Source of the DNA: Polyangiaceae bacterium
GTDB lineage: Bacteria; Myxococcota_A; Polyangia; Polyangiales; Polyangiaceae
Length of the DNA: 64,000 nucleotides
Direction of reading: 5' to 3'
Assembly: GCA_044376115.1 (NCBI GenBank)
Contig: JBILLK010000006.1
Span: forward strand, 1 to 64,000
The notes under the pieces were generated by a model that was given only the letters and a program-made list of their open reading frames with translations, did no database searches and had not been told where the DNA came from. This document shows, piece by piece, positions 62,387 through 64,000 of the stretch; within the stretch, counting starts at the first letter, position 1; the number at the start of each line of letters is the position of its first letter. Both the position numbers and the translations under genes were made by a program.

Positions 62387-64000
62387 GTCAGGCTCTTGTT
62401 CAATCGCGCTTCTTACCCTGCTGGCAGCTTCATGTGGTGACGATGAAACCCAAAGTCCGCCAGCCGTGGACCTCGGGCTCGAAGGCGGCTTCCTAGGTGA
62501 GGTTCAGTCGGGTAATCGGCTAGTGCTCAAAGCTGCGGACGGCAGGGTGCTGCTGGACGGTCTCCCGGTCGGGACCGTCGCTGCGGATGGTCCACCGCTC
62601 GTAGGCTTCGCCACGCGCGAGGTGACCACGACCTACGAGATGCAGTTTGGCGCCTTCAAGCCAACCTCGGTCGCCGAGGGAAGCTGGCGGGTAGCACAAG
62701 AGCTCAAGAAGGAAGCGAGCGGGCTGACGCTGCTCGGCTCGGGCGCCGAAGAGCTCGCGCGCTTGGCCTTCTCTTCGCCGGAGGAAGGCCACCTGGTGAT
62801 CGAGATAAAGCCAGGCCCCGATGCGCAATTCGACCCCAACGAACCTGCCACCGCGACCAAGCTCTCGTGGGGGTTCGCGTGCGACAAGCAGGACCACTTT
62901 GCCGGGTTTGGCGCACAGACCTGGGACGCTGATCATCGTGGCCAAACGGTCCCGGCGTTCGTGACCGAAGGCGGTATCGGCAAATCCGAGACGGACGATT
63001 ACTCCGCATTGTGGATGTTGCAGGGGCAACGGCACTCGAGTCACGCGCCGCTGCCTGAATATCTATCGAGCCGGGGTTACTTGTTCGTCGCCGAGACCGA
63101 TCGGCGGTCTACCTTCGCGCTTTGCTCAGAAGCAGAGAGTGCGGCGCGCGTCGAGATTGATATGCCCGCCATTTTGCACGTGTTCGATGGGCCGGAGCCT
63201 GCTGTGGCCATCGAGCGAGCGACGGCTACCTTCGGGCGCCCGCGCATGCCACCACCGGTAGCGTTTGCTCCTTGGCTGGACGCTGTGTTCGGTAGCGAGA
63301 ATGTTCGCAGAATCGCGCAGAAGCTCCGCGAGGAGCTGATTCCTGTCAGCGTAATCTGGACAGAGGATTGGCGCGGCGGCGATTGGGAAGGCGAAAACTA
63401 TGCACTAAAAGAAGAATGGGAGGTCGACCGTACCCTCTATCCCGATATTGAAGCAGTGGCCGATGACCTCCACGGACTCGGGTTCGACTTCCACGTGTAC
63501 TTCAATCCCTTCGTCTATATGGACTCCAAGGCCTGGACCGAGACCGAGCCCAACGGATACCTCGTTAAAAAGCCGTCCGGAGAACCGTATACCTTCACCG
63601 GAGCCAAATTCACCGAGTGCGGCCTGATCGATCTCGACAACCCCGATGCGCGTGCCTGGGCCTCCTCCAAAATGGAGGGCGCGATCGCGCTCGGGGCAGA
63701 CGGCTGGATGAACGACTTCGCAGAGTGGCTTCCCACCGACGGCGTCACAGCGGCGGGGCCCTCATACATGTCTCATAACGTGTATCCGGTGCAGTGGCAG
63801 GAAGTGGCGCGCGCCGCGATCGACGCCCAGACAGATGGCGTGCCGCGCTTGTTCTTTGGACGCAGCGGATGGTTTGGCAGCCCAGCGCTGACCGACGTTT
63901 TCTGGGCCGGTGACCAGCGTACGACCTTTGACGAGGATGACGGTTTCCCAACCTTGATCCCGCAAGCCATTGGGCTCGGCATCGTGGGCATATCAACCTA
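62382..64000 (+). CDS. Glycoside hydrolase family 31 lipoprotein (partial, runs off window)
   Basis: Manual translation: MRSGSCSIALLTLLAASC lipobox; IWTEDW, YFNPF, IDLDNPDARAW, GWMNDFAEWLPTD (nucleophile Asp), RSG, WAGDQ (acid/base Asp); absent from the ORF track because there is no stop in the window. Confidence 0.9.
   Translation, partial: MRSGSCSIALLTLLAASCGDDETQSPPAVDLGLEGGFLGEVQSGNRLVLKAADGRVLLDGLPVGTVAADGPPLVGFATREVTTTYEMQFGAFKPTSVAEGSWRVAQELKKEASGLTLLGSGAEELARLAFSSPEEGHLVIEIKPGPDAQFDPNEPATATKLSWGFACDKQDHFAGFGAQTWDADHRGQTVPAFVTEGGIGKSETDDYSALWMLQGQRHSSHAPLPEYLSSRGYLFVAETDRRSTFALCSEAESAARVEIDMPAILHVFDGPEPAVAIERATATFGRPRMPPPVAFAPWLDAVFGSENVRRIAQKLREELIPVSVIWTEDWRGGDWEGENYALKEEWEVDRTLYPDIEAVADDLHGLGFDFHVYFNPFVYMDSKAWTETEPNGYLVKKPSGEPYTFTGAKFTECGLIDLDNPDARAWASSKMEGAIALGADGWMNDFAEWLPTDGVTAAGPSYMSHNVYPVQWQEVARAAIDAQTDGVPRLFFGRSGWFGSPALTDVFWAGDQRTTFDEDDGFPTLIPQAIGLGIVGIST

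Overview
GC-rich, gene-dense bacterial DNA with a strong myxobacterial signature (most like Polyangiaceae/Sorangiineae; inferred from gene families, not from a marker gene). It carries Cys-rich disulfide-repeat and fibro-slime surface proteins, four Hanks-type Ser/Thr kinase genes, TPR-PEGA proteins and DUF2169-pentapeptide fusions. About 47 CDS or CDS remnants are supportable. I found no rRNA, tRNA, CRISPR array, integrase or transposase. Recognisable genes: class I fructose-bisphosphate aldolase, a YafJ-type amidotransferase, hemolysin III/PAQR, LysR-DoxX, a VOC-YciI-ECF42 operon with a matching promoter, M1 aminopeptidase, GNAT, CheR-CheB, a MepA-like endopeptidase, and a GH31 lipoprotein that runs off the right edge and is missing from the ORF track. 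Most interesting: (1) an ECF sigma factor coupled to a 1723-aa anti-sigma/FecR-VIT-vWA-TPR fusion; (2) two copies of a membrane kinase followed by a TPR-PEGA protein with a C-terminal-Phe tail, resembling a trans-envelope signalling cassette, one using a pseudokinase+kinase tandem; (3) a coupled pair of orphan DUF2169-Pro-rich-pentapeptide genes; (4) a window-wide TANNNT-N5-9-start-codon pattern suggesting leaderless transcription; (5) a cluster of deletion/frameshift scars at 18-31 kb. All domain calls are from motif recognition by eye; no database searches were run.
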